Of a DNA stretch of 64,000 bases, positions 47,708 to 57,718 are shown one piece after another. Every line of letters starts with the position of its first letter. Positions within the stretch are counted from its first letter, which is position 1. Origin of the DNA: Archaeoglobus sp. JdFR-37 (GTDB taxonomy: Archaea; Halobacteriota; Archaeoglobi; Archaeoglobales; Archaeoglobaceae); contig MTMY01000004.1 in the NCBI GenBank assembly GCA_002010215.1, positions 62,001 through 126,000 on the forward strand, written 5' to 3'. Both the position numbers and the translations under genes were made by a program. The notes below the pieces were generated by a model. That model worked only from the letters and a program-made list of their open reading frames with translations. It ran no database searches and was not told the origin of the DNA.

Positions 47708-48718
47708 CTAATCAAAAATCCTCTCAACAAGCCACTCTGGGTCGAATTTTATGAGGTCATCGTACTCCTGACCGACTCCGAAGAAAAGAATGGGTTTGCC
47801 AGTCACATAGCTGATTGATATTGCAGTCCCTCCCTTGGGATCGGCATCCAGCTTTGTGAGAATGCTACCATCTATCCCTATCGCCTCGTTGAACATCCTA
47901 GCCCTCTCTATGGCATCATTGCCCGCTATGCTCTCGTCAACAAAGATAATCAGATCGGGCTTCGTAACTCTCTTGATTTTTTCCAGCTGCTCCATCAGGT
48001 TCCTTTTTGTGTGCATCCTTCCGGCTGTGTCTGAGAGCACTACATCGATTTTCTTGCTCTCAGCGTGCTTTATTGCATCAAATATGACTGCTGCAGGGTC
48101 ACTGCCGGCCTGATGCTTTATCAGTTTCACTCCGAGCCTTTTTGCATGCTCCTCAAGCTGCTCTATGGCTCCAGCCCTGAATGTGTCTCCGGCAGCCATT
48201 ACAACGCTGTAACCACTGTCCATCAACCTCTTGGCGATTTTTGCGATGGTTGTTGTTTTTCCGGTTCCATTCACGCCAACGAAAATTATGTTGAGGGGCT
48301 TCTTTTTTTTAAGTTTCTCAGCAATATATTCATCGAAATCAAAACTCTCTGAGGAAAGAATGTCCATAATAGTTGCTTTGAGTTCTGTAAGAACGATTTC
48401 TGAAAGACTTTCACCCAGCTTCTTTCTTCTGCCAGCCAGATTTGATTTTATTCTTTCCCTGATGGCATCAACAACTTCAAATGCTACATCACTCTCAAGC
48501 AGAATTATTTCAAGTTCATAAAGAACATTCTCAAGCTTATTCTCATCTATAATAACTTCTCTATCGAGAACAACTGCAGAAAGCTTTTCTTTGAGGCCCA
48601 CCTTTCCTGTTTTTGCCGCTTTTTCCTCTTTTTTTACCTCAACCTCAATTTCTTGCTTTTCCTCTTCTTCTACCTTCTTTCTGAAAGAGGTTAGCTTCTC
48701 TTTCAGAGACTTAAACAT
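47708..48718 (-). CDS. ftsY: SRP receptor
   Basis: GVNGTGKTT, DTFRAGA, DTAGR, TKLD..KGG. Confidence 0.97.
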   Translation of the reverse strand: MFKSLKEKLTSFRKKVEEEEKQEIEVEVKKEEKAAKTGKVGLKEKLSAVVLDREVIIDENKLENVLYELEIILLESDVAFEVVDAIRERIKSNLAGRRKKLGESLSEIVLTELKATIMDILSSESFDFDEYIAEKLKKKKPLNIIFVGVNGTGKTTTIAKIAKRLMDSGYSVVMAAGDTFRAGAIEQLEEHAKRLGVKLIKHQAGSDPAAVIFDAIKHAESKKIDVVLSDTAGRMHTKRNLMEQLEKIKRVTKPDLIIFVDESIAGNDAIERARMFNEAIGIDGSILTKLDADPKGGTAISISYVTGKPILFFGVGQEYDDLIKFDPEWLVERIFD

Positions 48719-48740
48719 TGATTCCCTACCTCTTTACTGC

Positions 48741-49193
48741 CTATTTCCTTTCCTGTCTCTCTTCCACTGCTCTAGCCATCTGAGCGATTTCCATCTGTAT
48801 TCTCTCTGCCTGGCTCATTATCTGCTCCAAAAGCTGCTCAAGTTTTGTGACTGTTTCGCTAAGCCTCTCTTTCCTCTTCTTCAGAGTTTCAATGGCTTCT
48901 CCAACTTCCTTCTCAGCTATTACTCCGGCGCCCACATCCACAAGCATTTTTTTGGATTCCTTCACATCAACGTAGGCAAAAACACCGCCTCCAAGGTTCA
49001 TCAGGGCCTCAACATTACCCTCGAGAGAGTTGAAGTACTCAAGGCTTTCAATGGTCTTGTCCAGCTCATTCTGAACAAGCTCTATCTCAATTATCCTTCT
49101 CTGGACAGCTTCGCTCTCAGCCCTCAATTGCTGAAGAATTGCCAGCCTCTCCTGAATTTTTCTCTGAACCTCCTCTTCCTGCATAAAAATCAC
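48741..49193 (-). CDS. pfdA: Prefoldin alpha subunit
   Basis: Coiled coils flanking LGGGVFA...VDVGAGV.AEK; conserved position. Confidence 0.93.
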   Translation of the reverse strand: MIFMQEEEVQRKIQERLAILQQLRAESEAVQRRIIEIELVQNELDKTIESLEYFNSLEGNVEALMNLGGGVFAYVDVKESKKMLVDVGAGVIAEKEVGEAIETLKKRKERLSETVTKLEQLLEQIMSQAERIQMEIAQMARAVEERQERK

Positions 49194-49366
49194 TCAGCAG
49201 GTTTGACTTCTTCGATCTTTATAAGGTTTCTCTTAACCTTGTGGTTGCTTCCTATGAGGGAATAAATCTTTTCAATGGCAAATTTTTCGTTATGTGCCTC
49301 AATAACCTTTCTGAAGGGCAGCCATCTTTTCTCAATGGCAAACTTTCCCCTGACTTCAAACTTCAT
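49190..49366 (-). CDS. rpl18a: 50S ribosomal protein L18a (LX)
   Basis: Manual translation MKFEVRGKFAIEKRWLPFRKVIEAHNEKFAIEKIYSLIGSNHKVKRNLIKIEEVKPAE; absent from the ORF track (58 aa). Confidence 0.93.
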   Translation of the reverse strand: MKFEVRGKFAIEKRWLPFRKVIEAHNEKFAIEKIYSLIGSNHKVKRNLIKIEEVKPAE

Positions 49367-50032
49367 TCAACCACCTCCTAAAAAACCCAAAGCTTCCTCA
49401 ATCACACCCAACTCAAAACCTGTGGTATCCTCTCCAGCAATATATCCTTTTGAGTTGGCAACGACACCTGTTCCAACCATGTCGCTGCCGAAGTTAACCG
49501 TACCTGTCTCAACCTCCACCCCTGCGACATCAACTATCTTCTTTATCTCCCATTCTGTAGCGTTTGGATTGAGTAAAGCACCCCTGTCGGTCAGAATGGC
49601 AGCCATTCCAACTGTTTTTATCCCACCCACAGTTCCCCTAGCTATCTTAATCTCGAGAAAGTCAGAAACTTCTTCAATGACTTTTTCATCCAGCTCTGGA
49701 TGAGCAATTCCGCCCCTGTCGTTTAAAAGCAGATTGTTTCCCAAGCAAGTCATGTTCGTCTCCACAACCTTCACGTCCACTTTCCTTTTCAGCCTTTCAA
49801 GCTCCTTAGACAGTACATGATTGCTGACAATTATACCATTAGAGTTTCCAGCTACTAAAGCCCCAACAAGTTCAGAACCGGAGATAGTGGTTCTTATGAC
49901 ATCCACTTCCAACTCTTGCCTGAGGAATTGTTCTGCTTTTCTTTCTCTGACACCCAGTACTGCTACGTCTTCTGTAACTCTGATATACAGGCCTATCAGC
50001 GGAACGCCTTTGATGCTGAGGAGTGTGGGCAT
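49367..50032 (-). CDS. eif6: Translation initiation factor aIF6
   Basis: IGLY, GNSNG, LGN..L.ND, GTVNFGS..VG.GVVANSKG, TTGFE. Confidence 0.95.
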   Translation of the reverse strand: MPTLLSIKGVPLIGLYIRVTEDVAVLGVRERKAEQFLRQELEVDVIRTTISGSELVGALVAGNSNGIIVSNHVLSKELERLKRKVDVKVVETNMTCLGNNLLLNDRGGIAHPELDEKVIEEVSDFLEIKIARGTVGGIKTVGMAAILTDRGALLNPNATEWEIKKIVDVAGVEVETGTVNFGSDMVGTGVVANSKGYIAGEDTTGFELGVIEEALGFLGGG

Positions 50033-50061
50033 AGTTCTTTTAGATTAGCTTTTAAGTCAGT

Positions 50062-50328
50062 TCAGGCCAGCTCAGCCTCCACTATGCCGTCATCGAATTT
50101 TACTGCCCTGACTCTTATCCTTGCGGGCGGCTTCTCAGCTCCTCTCTCCCACAGCTTTTCGTTAATGCTGGCATCAATTTTTACGTTGTCAGGATCGACT
50201 TTCATATGCCTGCTCAGGAACTTGCGGACGTACTTTACAGACTTCTTTGCCCTCAGCCACCTAGGATACTTCTTCATCTTCTGCCTTATGCCGATTGTGT
50301 AAACCCTCTCCACCACTATCTTCGCCAA
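50062..50328 (-). CDS. rpl31e: 50S ribosomal protein L31e
   Basis: ERVYTI, RAKK...F..RHMK, INE.LW.RG..KPP.RIRV; TTG start at 50328. Confidence 0.95.
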   Translation of the reverse strand: MAKIVVERVYTIGIRQKMKKYPRWLRAKKSVKYVRKFLSRHMKVDPDNVKIDASINEKLWERGAEKPPARIRVRAVKFDDGIVEAELA

Positions 50329-50341
50329 AACAACCACCTCT

Positions 50342-50494
50342 TTACACCTTGAGCTTTTTAGACCTCCAGTGCCTTCTCTTAGGACTGGCAAACACCTTCC
50401 TCTTAGTTTTTATCGTGACCCAGACAGGAGCTCGCCTGTTCTGCTTTAGAAATTTAGCCAATCTCCTTTTGACGCCGACAGTTTTCTTTCCCAT
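50342..50494 (-). CDS. rpl39e: 50S ribosomal protein L39e
   Basis: Manual translation [50 protein letters not shown]; absent from the ORF track. Confidence 0.96.
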   Translation of the reverse strand: MGKKTVGVKRRLAKFLKQNRRAPVWVTIKTKRKVFASPKRRHWRSKKLKV

Positions 50495-50569
50495 AGCCGC
50501 CACCTTTGCTTGCATTATTTAATTTTTACTTCAGCCAAACTTATTTCATTTAAGCCATCTCATCGAAGT

Positions 50570-50914
50570 TTACTTCCGGATTATTCTAGTCTCCCTTTTC
50601 TTGGGCATTGCCCTTTTGAGAATTTCCTTCAGCAATTCGTCGCTTATCTTCTGATTGATCCTTCCTGATTGAGCCAGAGCAATGAGCTGGTTTTCAACAG
50701 CCTCAGCCACCTCAGGATGTGCGAGCCTTATACGTGCAAGCCTCTCCTTGGCCTCAGGTTCAAGAATTGCTCTCAAAATAGCCTTTTTCTGAGCTTCAAT
50801 CTGCCTTCTCAACTCTTCCTGCCTCTGAAGTTCCTCCATCTCTCTCTGACGTTGAGCTTGCAACTCCATGAGCTTGCGCCTTCTGATCTCTTCTAAGTCA
50901 TCCATAATCATCAC
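50570..50914 (-). CDS. PDCD5-like DNA-binding protein
   Basis: [33 protein letters not shown]. Confidence 0.93.
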   Translation of the reverse strand: MMIMDDLEEIRRRKLMELQAQRQREMEELQRQEELRRQIEAQKKAILRAILEPEAKERLARIRLAHPEVAEAVENQLIALAQSGRINQKISDELLKEILKRAMPKKRETRIIRK

Positions 50915-50965
50915 CCCAGAATAGTTTGTGAGGATGAAAATAAATGTTTGCCCTCAGTACTCTCT

Positions 50966-51415
50966 TCAGTACTTTTCGAGGGCAGGAATCTCTTTTACAA
51001 GCTCCCTTTTGAGTTCCGCAGCTGTCTTATCTAGAAAGCTCCTTCCCTGAGGAGTCACAACCCTGCCTTCTGAAGACTGCTTGACAAAACCGGCCTTTTC
51101 AAGCTGCTGGAGGGCCTTTCTTATTATCGAACCGCTCCCCTTCCTGAACTTGGGCGGTTCTACACCTCTTCTCTTTCTCCCACCATAGACAGTCCTGAGC
51201 CTTTCGATGCCAACCGGCCCGTCGGTGTAAACCTTCCTGAATATGGCTGCTACTCTTATATACCACCAGTCAGGCTGTTCGGGAGCTCTTTCCTTGTGAA
51301 CCCCTGTTTTCACAAAGGCTGCCCATTCTGGGGGCTTGAACTCATCCATCTCCTTGAGCTTTTCCGCCACACGCTGAATCAGCAGATCAGCAGGCACATC
51401 ATATACCGTCGCCAT
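50966..51415 (-). CDS. rps19e: 30S ribosomal protein S19e
   Basis: TVYDVP, PEWA.FVKTG, WWYIR, YGGRK.RG, GSGSIIR.ALQQLE. Confidence 0.97.
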   Translation of the reverse strand: MATVYDVPADLLIQRVAEKLKEMDEFKPPEWAAFVKTGVHKERAPEQPDWWYIRVAAIFRKVYTDGPVGIERLRTVYGGRKRRGVEPPKFRKGSGSIIRKALQQLEKAGFVKQSSEGRVVTPQGRSFLDKTAAELKRELVKEIPALEKY

Positions 51416-51416
51416 C

Positions 51417-51701
51417 TCAACACCTCTCAAACGTTAAAACAAATCCACGAAAATCAACAAGCTTCCCCTTTACCTTTGAGGAGATCTCCTGGGCGAGTGT
51501 TTTTTTGTCCTTACCTTCAGCCTCGCCCATCTCTCTGAAATTTCGGAGCATTCTAACCTTTACTCTGCCTCTTTTCTCGATAAGCATGTTTATCTCGTTA
51601 ATAAGCCCTTCTGTAACGCCATTCTTACCAACGTTTATTATCACTTCCCCTCTCTCCCTCATATTTCCCATATCTCCCTCAACCTTCACAGCTACCTTCA
51701 C
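51417..51701 (-). CDS. YhbY/CRM RNA-binding protein
   Basis: [24 protein letters not shown]; start may lie slightly downstream. Confidence 0.88.
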   Translation of the reverse strand: MKVAVKVEGDMGNMRERGEVIINVGKNGVTEGLINEINMLIEKRGRVKVRMLRNFREMGEAEGKDKKTLAQEISSKVKGKLVDFRGFVLTFERC

Positions 51702-51821
51702 CGCTCCACAACAGTTTCTCTTTTTAAAAATTTTGTGTAGACTTTAGAGTGAGGATTTGTGAGAAATCGTGGAAGATGTGCAGTATGCCATGAAAAATTA
51801 CATCATCTTTAACCAAGCCGC

Positions 51822-53465
51822 TTAAAGGAGCTCCCCTACATCGAATATATTCGACACATCCAATTCAAACGCCACTACTGGATACCCCAGCTGGAAGTTC
51901 TGGAGAACTTCGGGATGTACCTCTCCAAACACCCCTACTTTCTTTCCATTGACGAAGATATCACCCCTTCTTCCCTCTATGAAGGCTTCATCATCGCCCT
52001 CCCTCACATCCCATTCCACATCCAGTTCCCTCATCAGGCTCTGGACATAGCTTCGGATTTCTGAGAAATTCGCTTTAGCATGGGTGCTGCAGGCTGCCAG
52101 ATGAAGTTTGTTCTGCATGTTGACCACCACATCCCCCACTTCGAATATCCGCTGAGGCATTGCATGGTGCTTGTTGTGCGAAAGCAACTCCAAGAGTTTT
52201 GGAAGCACATCTGTCCTGACAATGGTATGATCCTCCGTCAGCGGATGCATCACCGGTGTGTAGTCCTTCCACTCTTCACCCCTCCTCTTCACATAATCGT
52301 ACATCACCCTCTCATTGGTCAGAGTGAAGGTTATAACCTCCATGAAGCCCATGCCGATCATGATTTCCCTTATTAGCTCTCTCACATCATTCCACTGATG
52401 TGTCAGACCTACGGTATTGGTTTCCGGATATTCTGGAATAATCCTTTCGTAGCCGTACCCTATGGCTATATCTTCGATGATGTCCCAAGGGTGCATGATG
52501 TCCGCTCTGTAGGGTGGAATCACTACCTCTACCTCATCCTCGCCTACCTCAACCCCGTATCTCATCCTTCCCAGAGATAGCCTTATCTCATCATCACTCA
52601 GAGAGAATCCAAGCAACCCGAAAATCTCATCTTTTGATATCTTCATTTTCCTAGGAGAGAGGTCGGGAGAGGCCTCCCTTCTATCCGGATAAATGACTTC
52701 GACGCTCTCAATCTGCCCGCCTCTATCGCTCAACATCGTCGCAATTATGTTCAGGGCCCTATCAACATTCTCGTCAAAGCCTGTCACATCGATAAAGAGG
52801 TCAGTTGTGCTCTCCTTCACCCTAGTTTTCTCCGCATTTATGATGGGTGGGAATGAAATTGCCTCATCCCTAGCATCAATTATCATGGGGTAGGTGTTGC
52901 TTTTCTCCAGAATGAAACTGTACTCCCTGCCCTTAGGATGTTTCTCCAGTATCTCTGCCACGCTCATCTCATCCCTGAAATCCAGCGGGACAAATGAGAA
53001 GTTTTTATCAACAGCAGTATACCGCAGCGGAAAGTTTACCATGCTCAGGTCGTGAACACCAATGGCCATCTTCCTCCTATTCCTCCCTATCGTCCAGTGG
53101 AGATCCTCCTGCACCTCCATCAAACTCCTGATTACCTCATCAGTTATCTTGAGTCCCCTGACAACACACCCAACTATCCTTGGCCTTACAGAGAGGACGC
53201 TTTCATCAACGTGGATTTTCCAGTTCCCGGGTTTTGTAGAGTACTCAACATACCCAAACTCAACATCCATAAAGCCCTTTAAAGCCCTAGCAACACCTTC
53301 CACGCTGTAAAGATCAGGTCTGTTGGGGAAAAATTCCACATCAACATGATCCTCTTCTACCCTCTCTATATCGCATCCCAGCATGGGAAGCCTTTTAAGA
53401 ATTTCATCTCTGCTCTTCCCAACCAGCTTTTCAAGTTCATCCCAGTAAAGCGTAACAACTGGCAT
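51822..53465 (-). CDS. pheT: Phenylalanine-tRNA ligase beta subunit
   Basis: PNRPDL, GRNR.K.AIG.HD, SFPPIIN, P.YR.DI.H..D.IED.AI.YG. Confidence 0.97.
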   Translation of the reverse strand: MPVVTLYWDELEKLVGKSRDEILKRLPMLGCDIERVEEDHVDVEFFPNRPDLYSVEGVARALKGFMDVEFGYVEYSTKPGNWKIHVDESVLSVRPRIVGCVVRGLKITDEVIRSLMEVQEDLHWTIGRNRRKMAIGVHDLSMVNFPLRYTAVDKNFSFVPLDFRDEMSVAEILEKHPKGREYSFILEKSNTYPMIIDARDEAISFPPIINAEKTRVKESTTDLFIDVTGFDENVDRALNIIATMLSDRGGQIESVEVIYPDRREASPDLSPRKMKISKDEIFGLLGFSLSDDEIRLSLGRMRYGVEVGEDEVEVVIPPYRADIMHPWDIIEDIAIGYGYERIIPEYPETNTVGLTHQWNDVRELIREIMIGMGFMEVITFTLTNERVMYDYVKRRGEEWKDYTPVMHPLTEDHTIVRTDVLPKLLELLSHNKHHAMPQRIFEVGDVVVNMQNKLHLAACSTHAKANFSEIRSYVQSLMRELDVEWDVREGDDEAFIEGRRGDIFVNGKKVGVFGEVHPEVLQNFQLGYPVVAFELDVSNIFDVGELL

Positions 53466-53479
53466 CCCGATTCCCCCCA

Positions 53480-54922
53480 TCACCTCTTAACGGCCGGCAT
53501 GTTGCGGAGCCATCCAATGTCTGGCAGGTAAAGCCTTCTGAGGTCTTTCATCCCGAGCCTCAGCATGGCAAGCCTTCCTATGCCCAGACCCCATGCCAGA
53601 ACCTTTCCCTTTATGCCAAGAGGCTCTGTAACCTCCTTTCTGAAGACACCGGCACCGCCAAGTTCTATCCAGCCAAGCCCATCCACATAAACCTCAGGCT
53701 CAACACTTGGCTCCGTGTACGGGAAGTAGCCAGGTCTAAAACGGACATCTTCAAAGCCCATCTTGACAAAGAACTCCTTCAACAATCCTAGCAGATGTTT
53801 GAATCCCACATTCCTGTCCAGCACAACTCCTTCAAGCTGGTCGAATTCGGGGAGATGTGTTGCATCTATTGCCTCCCTTCTGTAAACCCTGTCGATGCAG
53901 AATGCCTTAACTGGCGGTTCTGGATTTCTGGCAAGGTAATGGATGGTAATGGCAGTTGTGTGAGTTCTCAGAACCAGTTGCATGGCTTTTTCATAGCTCC
54001 ACTCTCCGCCCCATCCCGTTGAGCCAGTAATCCACCCATTTTCGTGAGTCGCTCTGACTCTCTCCACCACCTCATCATCCATATCGATGTATCTGTCAAG
54101 GTAAAATGTGTCCTGCATATCCCTTGCCGGATGATCCTGAGGCTGGAATAGAGCATCGAAGTTCCAGAAAGATGGCTGGACATAATGTCCCTTTATCTCT
54201 GTAAAGCCCATTTCCAAGAATATCTTTCGGCATTCCCGGATTATCCTTTCATAAGGATGTACCTTGGCGGGGAAGACATCCTTTGAGGGCACGTGTATAT
54301 CATACTTCAGAAACTCCTTTCCCCGCCAAGCACCGCTTATTATAAGCTCAGGAGTCAGGTCTGAAATATATCCCTTAAGCTCAGCTTCCGGCTTTTTGAG
54401 AAGAATAATGTAGGTTTCCTTGAACTCCTCAATTCTGACGAGCTTTCTTCTGACAAGAATTTTCAGTATATTCTCATCAACTTTAGCCATTCTATCATTA
54501 TATATTATACTAAGAGCTTCTCTTTCAGGGATGCTCACCGGCTTAATCAGTCTGATAATTCCATCCTTTATTTCTATGCAGCCCCTTCTTCTCAACCATC
54601 CTATTGCAATGGAAACAAGTTCTTTCCCAAATTTCTTTTCGAGCTCTGCGATGCTTTTCTCACCACTCTCAATACTTTCAAGTTCTCTGGCAATTATCTC
54701 TTCAGGAAATCCATCGTTAAGATACTTCATCCCTTCCTCTGTAAGGCTGTACTCCTTCCACTTCTCCTCCTCAACTTTGGCCAGTCCTTTATCCTGCAGC
54801 AGATATGCAGCCTTGAAAACAGCATCCACACTCATTTTTGATATTTTTGCTGCCTCCTCAACCTTGTACTTTTTTCCGACTTCAAGTGCCTTTATCAGCG
54901 TAACCTCAAGTGGTGAGAACAT
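53480..54922 (-). CDS. pheS: Phenylalanine-tRNA ligase alpha subunit
   Basis: WNFDALFQPQDHPAR, LRTHTT, THLPEF.Q.EG, YFPYTEPS. Confidence 0.98.
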   Translation of the reverse strand: MFSPLEVTLIKALEVGKKYKVEEAAKISKMSVDAVFKAAYLLQDKGLAKVEEEKWKEYSLTEEGMKYLNDGFPEEIIARELESIESGEKSIAELEKKFGKELVSIAIGWLRRRGCIEIKDGIIRLIKPVSIPEREALSIIYNDRMAKVDENILKILVRRKLVRIEEFKETYIILLKKPEAELKGYISDLTPELIISGAWRGKEFLKYDIHVPSKDVFPAKVHPYERIIRECRKIFLEMGFTEIKGHYVQPSFWNFDALFQPQDHPARDMQDTFYLDRYIDMDDEVVERVRATHENGWITGSTGWGGEWSYEKAMQLVLRTHTTAITIHYLARNPEPPVKAFCIDRVYRREAIDATHLPEFDQLEGVVLDRNVGFKHLLGLLKEFFVKMGFEDVRFRPGYFPYTEPSVEPEVYVDGLGWIELGGAGVFRKEVTEPLGIKGKVLAWGLGIGRLAMLRLGMKDLRRLYLPDIGWLRNMPAVKR

Positions 54923-55109
54923 GATATCACCGTAGCCAGAAAGCTGAGGATGTGTTTTTTAAAACCTTTGGTATTTCTGATTTACATCTGCATACATTCC
55001 AGAGCCATAATTCAAAACATAATTATTCAAAATGATAATTCTTTAGAACAGTCGCCATTCGTCGAATCGACTGGGGCTTTATCAGTTATCGAGAAATACG
55101 AAGAAAAAT

Positions 55110-55125
55110 AGAAACCTTTAAGTAT
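55110..55125 (+). promoter_or_regulatory. BRE/TATA of the fqo operon
   Basis: AGAAACC-TTTAAGTA about 55 nt upstream of ATG 55180. Confidence 0.5.
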
Positions 55126-55179
55126 TTAGGCATTAAAATCCCGCTTTGAGCTCTGGAAACTGCATAGCGGTGGTTAAAC

Positions 55180-55554
55180 ATGGCAGTAGAGGTTTTCGTC
55201 AAAATGGCACTGTATATGGCTATTGCACTGGTAATACCAGTAATAGCTTTCTTCATACCCAAGCTTTTCACGCCCAGCCGCTACAGCTACCTTAAAGCCG
55301 AAACATATGAGTGTGGTGAAATTCCATATGGGACGGCAAGAGTCCAATTCAGCATCCAGTATTACACCTTTGCTCTGATGTTCGTGATCTTCGACATTGA
55401 GGCCCTGATGATGTTCCCCTGGGCGGTGGTGGTGAAGGAAATAGGGATTTTGGCAGTTATTGAAATGCTGGTGTTCATTGGTGTATTCGTCATCGGACTT
55501 ATCTATGCCTGGACAAAGGGGGCGTTGAGATGGGTGATGAACTACCCCGAGTAA
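55180..55554 (+). CDS. fqoA: Complex I-like subunit A
   Basis: TYECGE, YY.FALMFVIFDIE, W.KGAL.W. Confidence 0.95.
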   Translation: MAVEVFVKMALYMAIALVIPVIAFFIPKLFTPSRYSYLKAETYECGEIPYGTARVQFSIQYYTFALMFVIFDIEALMMFPWAVVVKEIGILAVIEMLVFIGVFVIGLIYAWTKGALRWVMNYPE

Positions 55555-56105
55555 TCCACATGCGTGATGGAAGTGCTCATGCTGTGGTGGGGCTGGACAG
55601 CTCAGAAGATTTTCTTGAACGGACGGATGGTTTGGTTGGAAAACTTGCTCAGGATGTTCGAAAAGGATTGTGGAAAGTTCTTGGTCCACTTCTTTACTGG
55701 GGTAGAGGCTTCTCGCCCTGGGGCTCCCACTTCGGCATAGCCTGTTGCTCCATAGAGGTGCCAATGGCAGTTTTTGGGCCACTATTCGATGTTGAAAGAC
55801 ATGGTGTGCTGAGCCCTTCAACTGCCCGACAGTGGGATATGCTTTGGGTAAGCGGGACTGTAACCAGAAAGCTTGCGCCACGAATCAGAATACTCTACGA
55901 ACAGATGCTGGAACCAAAGTGGGTTGTTGCCATTGGTGATTGCGCAATAAGCGGTGGTCCGTTTTACGACTCATACAACGTTGTCAAGGGTGTTGACAAG
56001 ATAATGCCAGTAGATATGTACGTTCCCGGATGCCCTGTGAGGCCAGAAACATTCATTGATGCCATAATTGAGTTCAGAAGGAGAGTAAGGGAGGGGAAGA
56101 GATGA
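55530..56105 (+). CDS. fqoB: Complex I-like subunit B
   Basis: GIACCSIE, GTVT.K, GDCAISGG, YVPGCP.RPE. Confidence 0.95.
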   Translation: MGDELPRVIHMRDGSAHAVVGLDSSEDFLERTDGLVGKLAQDVRKGLWKVLGPLLYWGRGFSPWGSHFGIACCSIEVPMAVFGPLFDVERHGVLSPSTARQWDMLWVSGTVTRKLAPRIRILYEQMLEPKWVVAIGDCAISGGPFYDSYNVVKGVDKIMPVDMYVPGCPVRPETFIDAIIEFRRRVREGKR

Positions 56106-56545
56106 TACTGGACCTCTACAGAATTGCCGAGGCTATACGGGCTTCTCACCCTGATCTCGAGTTTGATGTAAAAGAGGGAGAACGCAGAGTTGTTTTCAAG
56201 GTTAAGGCTGAAAAGCTCCACAATTTTATCAAGTTTTTGAGAGATGAAGTAGGGAGAGATTTTCTGTCAACTGTGACCGCTGTGGATTACTCTGACAGAA
56301 TGGAGGTCGTATACATTCTTGGAAGCTACAGCGATGGCTTCATCTTTGTTGTTAAGACTGAGGTAGATAGAGAGAATCCTGAAGTTGAAAGCGTAGTTGA
56401 CCTCTTTCCCACTGCAAACTTCCACGAGAGGGAAGTTTACGACATGTTTGGTGTTCGCTTTAGGAATCATCCTAACCTGCGGAGACTTCTGCTTCCCGAT
56501 GATTTTGAGGGGCATCCGCTGCGTAAAGACTACGAATGGTGGTGA
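56102..56545 (+). CDS. fqoC: Complex I-like subunit C
   Basis: EREVYDMFG..F..HPNLRRLLLP..F.GHPLRKD. Confidence 0.95.
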   Translation: MILDLYRIAEAIRASHPDLEFDVKEGERRVVFKVKAEKLHNFIKFLRDEVGRDFLSTVTAVDYSDRMEVVYILGSYSDGFIFVVKTEVDRENPEVESVVDLFPTANFHEREVYDMFGVRFRNHPNLRRLLLPDDFEGHPLRKDYEWW

Positions 56546-56621
56546 GTAGTGGTAGAGGATGGAGAGAGGATGAGAGGGAATGTGCAACAAGCAGAGGAGA
56601 TGCGACAAAAGGTGGTAAAAA

Positions 56622-57704
56622 ATGGAAATGTGGGTTAATTTCGGTCCGCAGCATCCCTTCACACACGGCCTGTGGAGGTTGAAGGTAAAAGTTGAAGGAG
56701 AGACGGTTGTTGATGTTGAGCCAACTATAGGGTACCTTCACAGGGGTGTTGAAAAGCTGGCTGAAAAAAGGAGCTGGGTAAAGTTCATACCCTATAACGA
56801 CCGTCTTTGCTACGTTGCCTCTATGGGCTGGACGGAAGGATACGTGGGGGCAGTTGAAAGGCTGATGGGTGTTGAGCCGCCTGAAAGAGCCCTTTACCTC
56901 AGAACCATCACCTCTGAACTTCAGAGAATTGCAAGTCATTTTGTTTGGCTTGGAGCCTATTCAATAGACCTAGGAAACTTCACCGCATTGCTCTTTGCTG
57001 TTAGAGAAAGAGAGTTTATTCTTGATTCCCTTTCCCGCCTCACCGGCCACAGAATGACCTACAACTATCCTCGCTTTGGTGGTGTTGCAAGAGATGCCCC
57101 CAACGGATGGGTTGAGAGAACTATCCGCTATCTCAATAGGATAGAGAGGAAGATGAACGATTTTGTAAACCTCATGCTTGACAACGAGACCTTCCTGAAG
57201 AGAGTTCAGGGTGTTGGAATTCTGAAAAAGAGCGTTGCCAAAGAATGGGGTGTGACTGGCCCCGTAGCGAGAGGGAGCGGTCTTAAGGTTGACGTTCGCT
57301 ATAACGATCCATATTTGCTCTATGAGGAAATAGGGTTCGAGCCCGTAGTTGAGAAAGATTGTGATTGCTTCGCCAGATACATGGTGAGGATCAGAGAGAT
57401 CTACGAGAGCATAACCATCGCCAGAGAGCTTCTCATGAGGCTGCCTGAAGGTGATGTCATGGCAAAGAGGGTGCCCAGAGTGCCTCCTCCGGGTGAAATA
57501 TACTATCGTGTTGAGGTGCCCAGAGGAGAGGCTGGTTATTACATCGTCAGCGATGGGAAGGATGTTCCTTACAGAGTCAAAATAAGGAGCCCTGCATACG
57601 TCCACATTCAGGCAACAAAGGCCATGATGCCTGGCTGTAATGTGGCCGATCTCCCGGCCATATTGGGTAGTTTAGATGTGTGTCTTGGAGATACTGATAG
57701 GTGA
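56622..57704 (+). CDS. fqoD: Complex I-like subunit D
   Basis: GPQHP.THG, GYLHRG.EK, RLCY, E.PRGE, D....GDTDR; no NiFe CxxC motifs. Confidence 0.96.
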   Translation: MEMWVNFGPQHPFTHGLWRLKVKVEGETVVDVEPTIGYLHRGVEKLAEKRSWVKFIPYNDRLCYVASMGWTEGYVGAVERLMGVEPPERALYLRTITSELQRIASHFVWLGAYSIDLGNFTALLFAVREREFILDSLSRLTGHRMTYNYPRFGGVARDAPNGWVERTIRYLNRIERKMNDFVNLMLDNETFLKRVQGVGILKKSVAKEWGVTGPVARGSGLKVDVRYNDPYLLYEEIGFEPVVEKDCDCFARYMVRIREIYESITIARELLMRLPEGDVMAKRVPRVPPPGEIYYRVEVPRGEAGYYIVSDGKDVPYRVKIRSPAYVHIQATKAMMPGCNVADLPAILGSLDVCLGDTDR

Positions 57705-57718
57705 AGGGTAGGTGATAG

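Noticed and set aside
51702..51821. RNase P subunit Rpp21, which often precedes yhbY
   Set aside because: Only about 120 nt with no suitable ORF; the gene is simply elsewhere or absent.
56546..56621. Read-through fusion of fqoC and fqoD across a purine-rich spacer
   Set aside because: The frames do not match and the fqoD frame contains stops.
42296..57605. Long antisense or alternate-frame ORFs (e.g. 42296-43048, 48591-49265, 55174-55881, 56970-57605)
   Set aside because: They overlap well-supported genes and have no recognisable motifs; shadow ORFs.
56622..57704. Group 4 NiFe hydrogenase large subunit
   Set aside because: No CxxC nickel-binding motifs; NuoD signatures are present.
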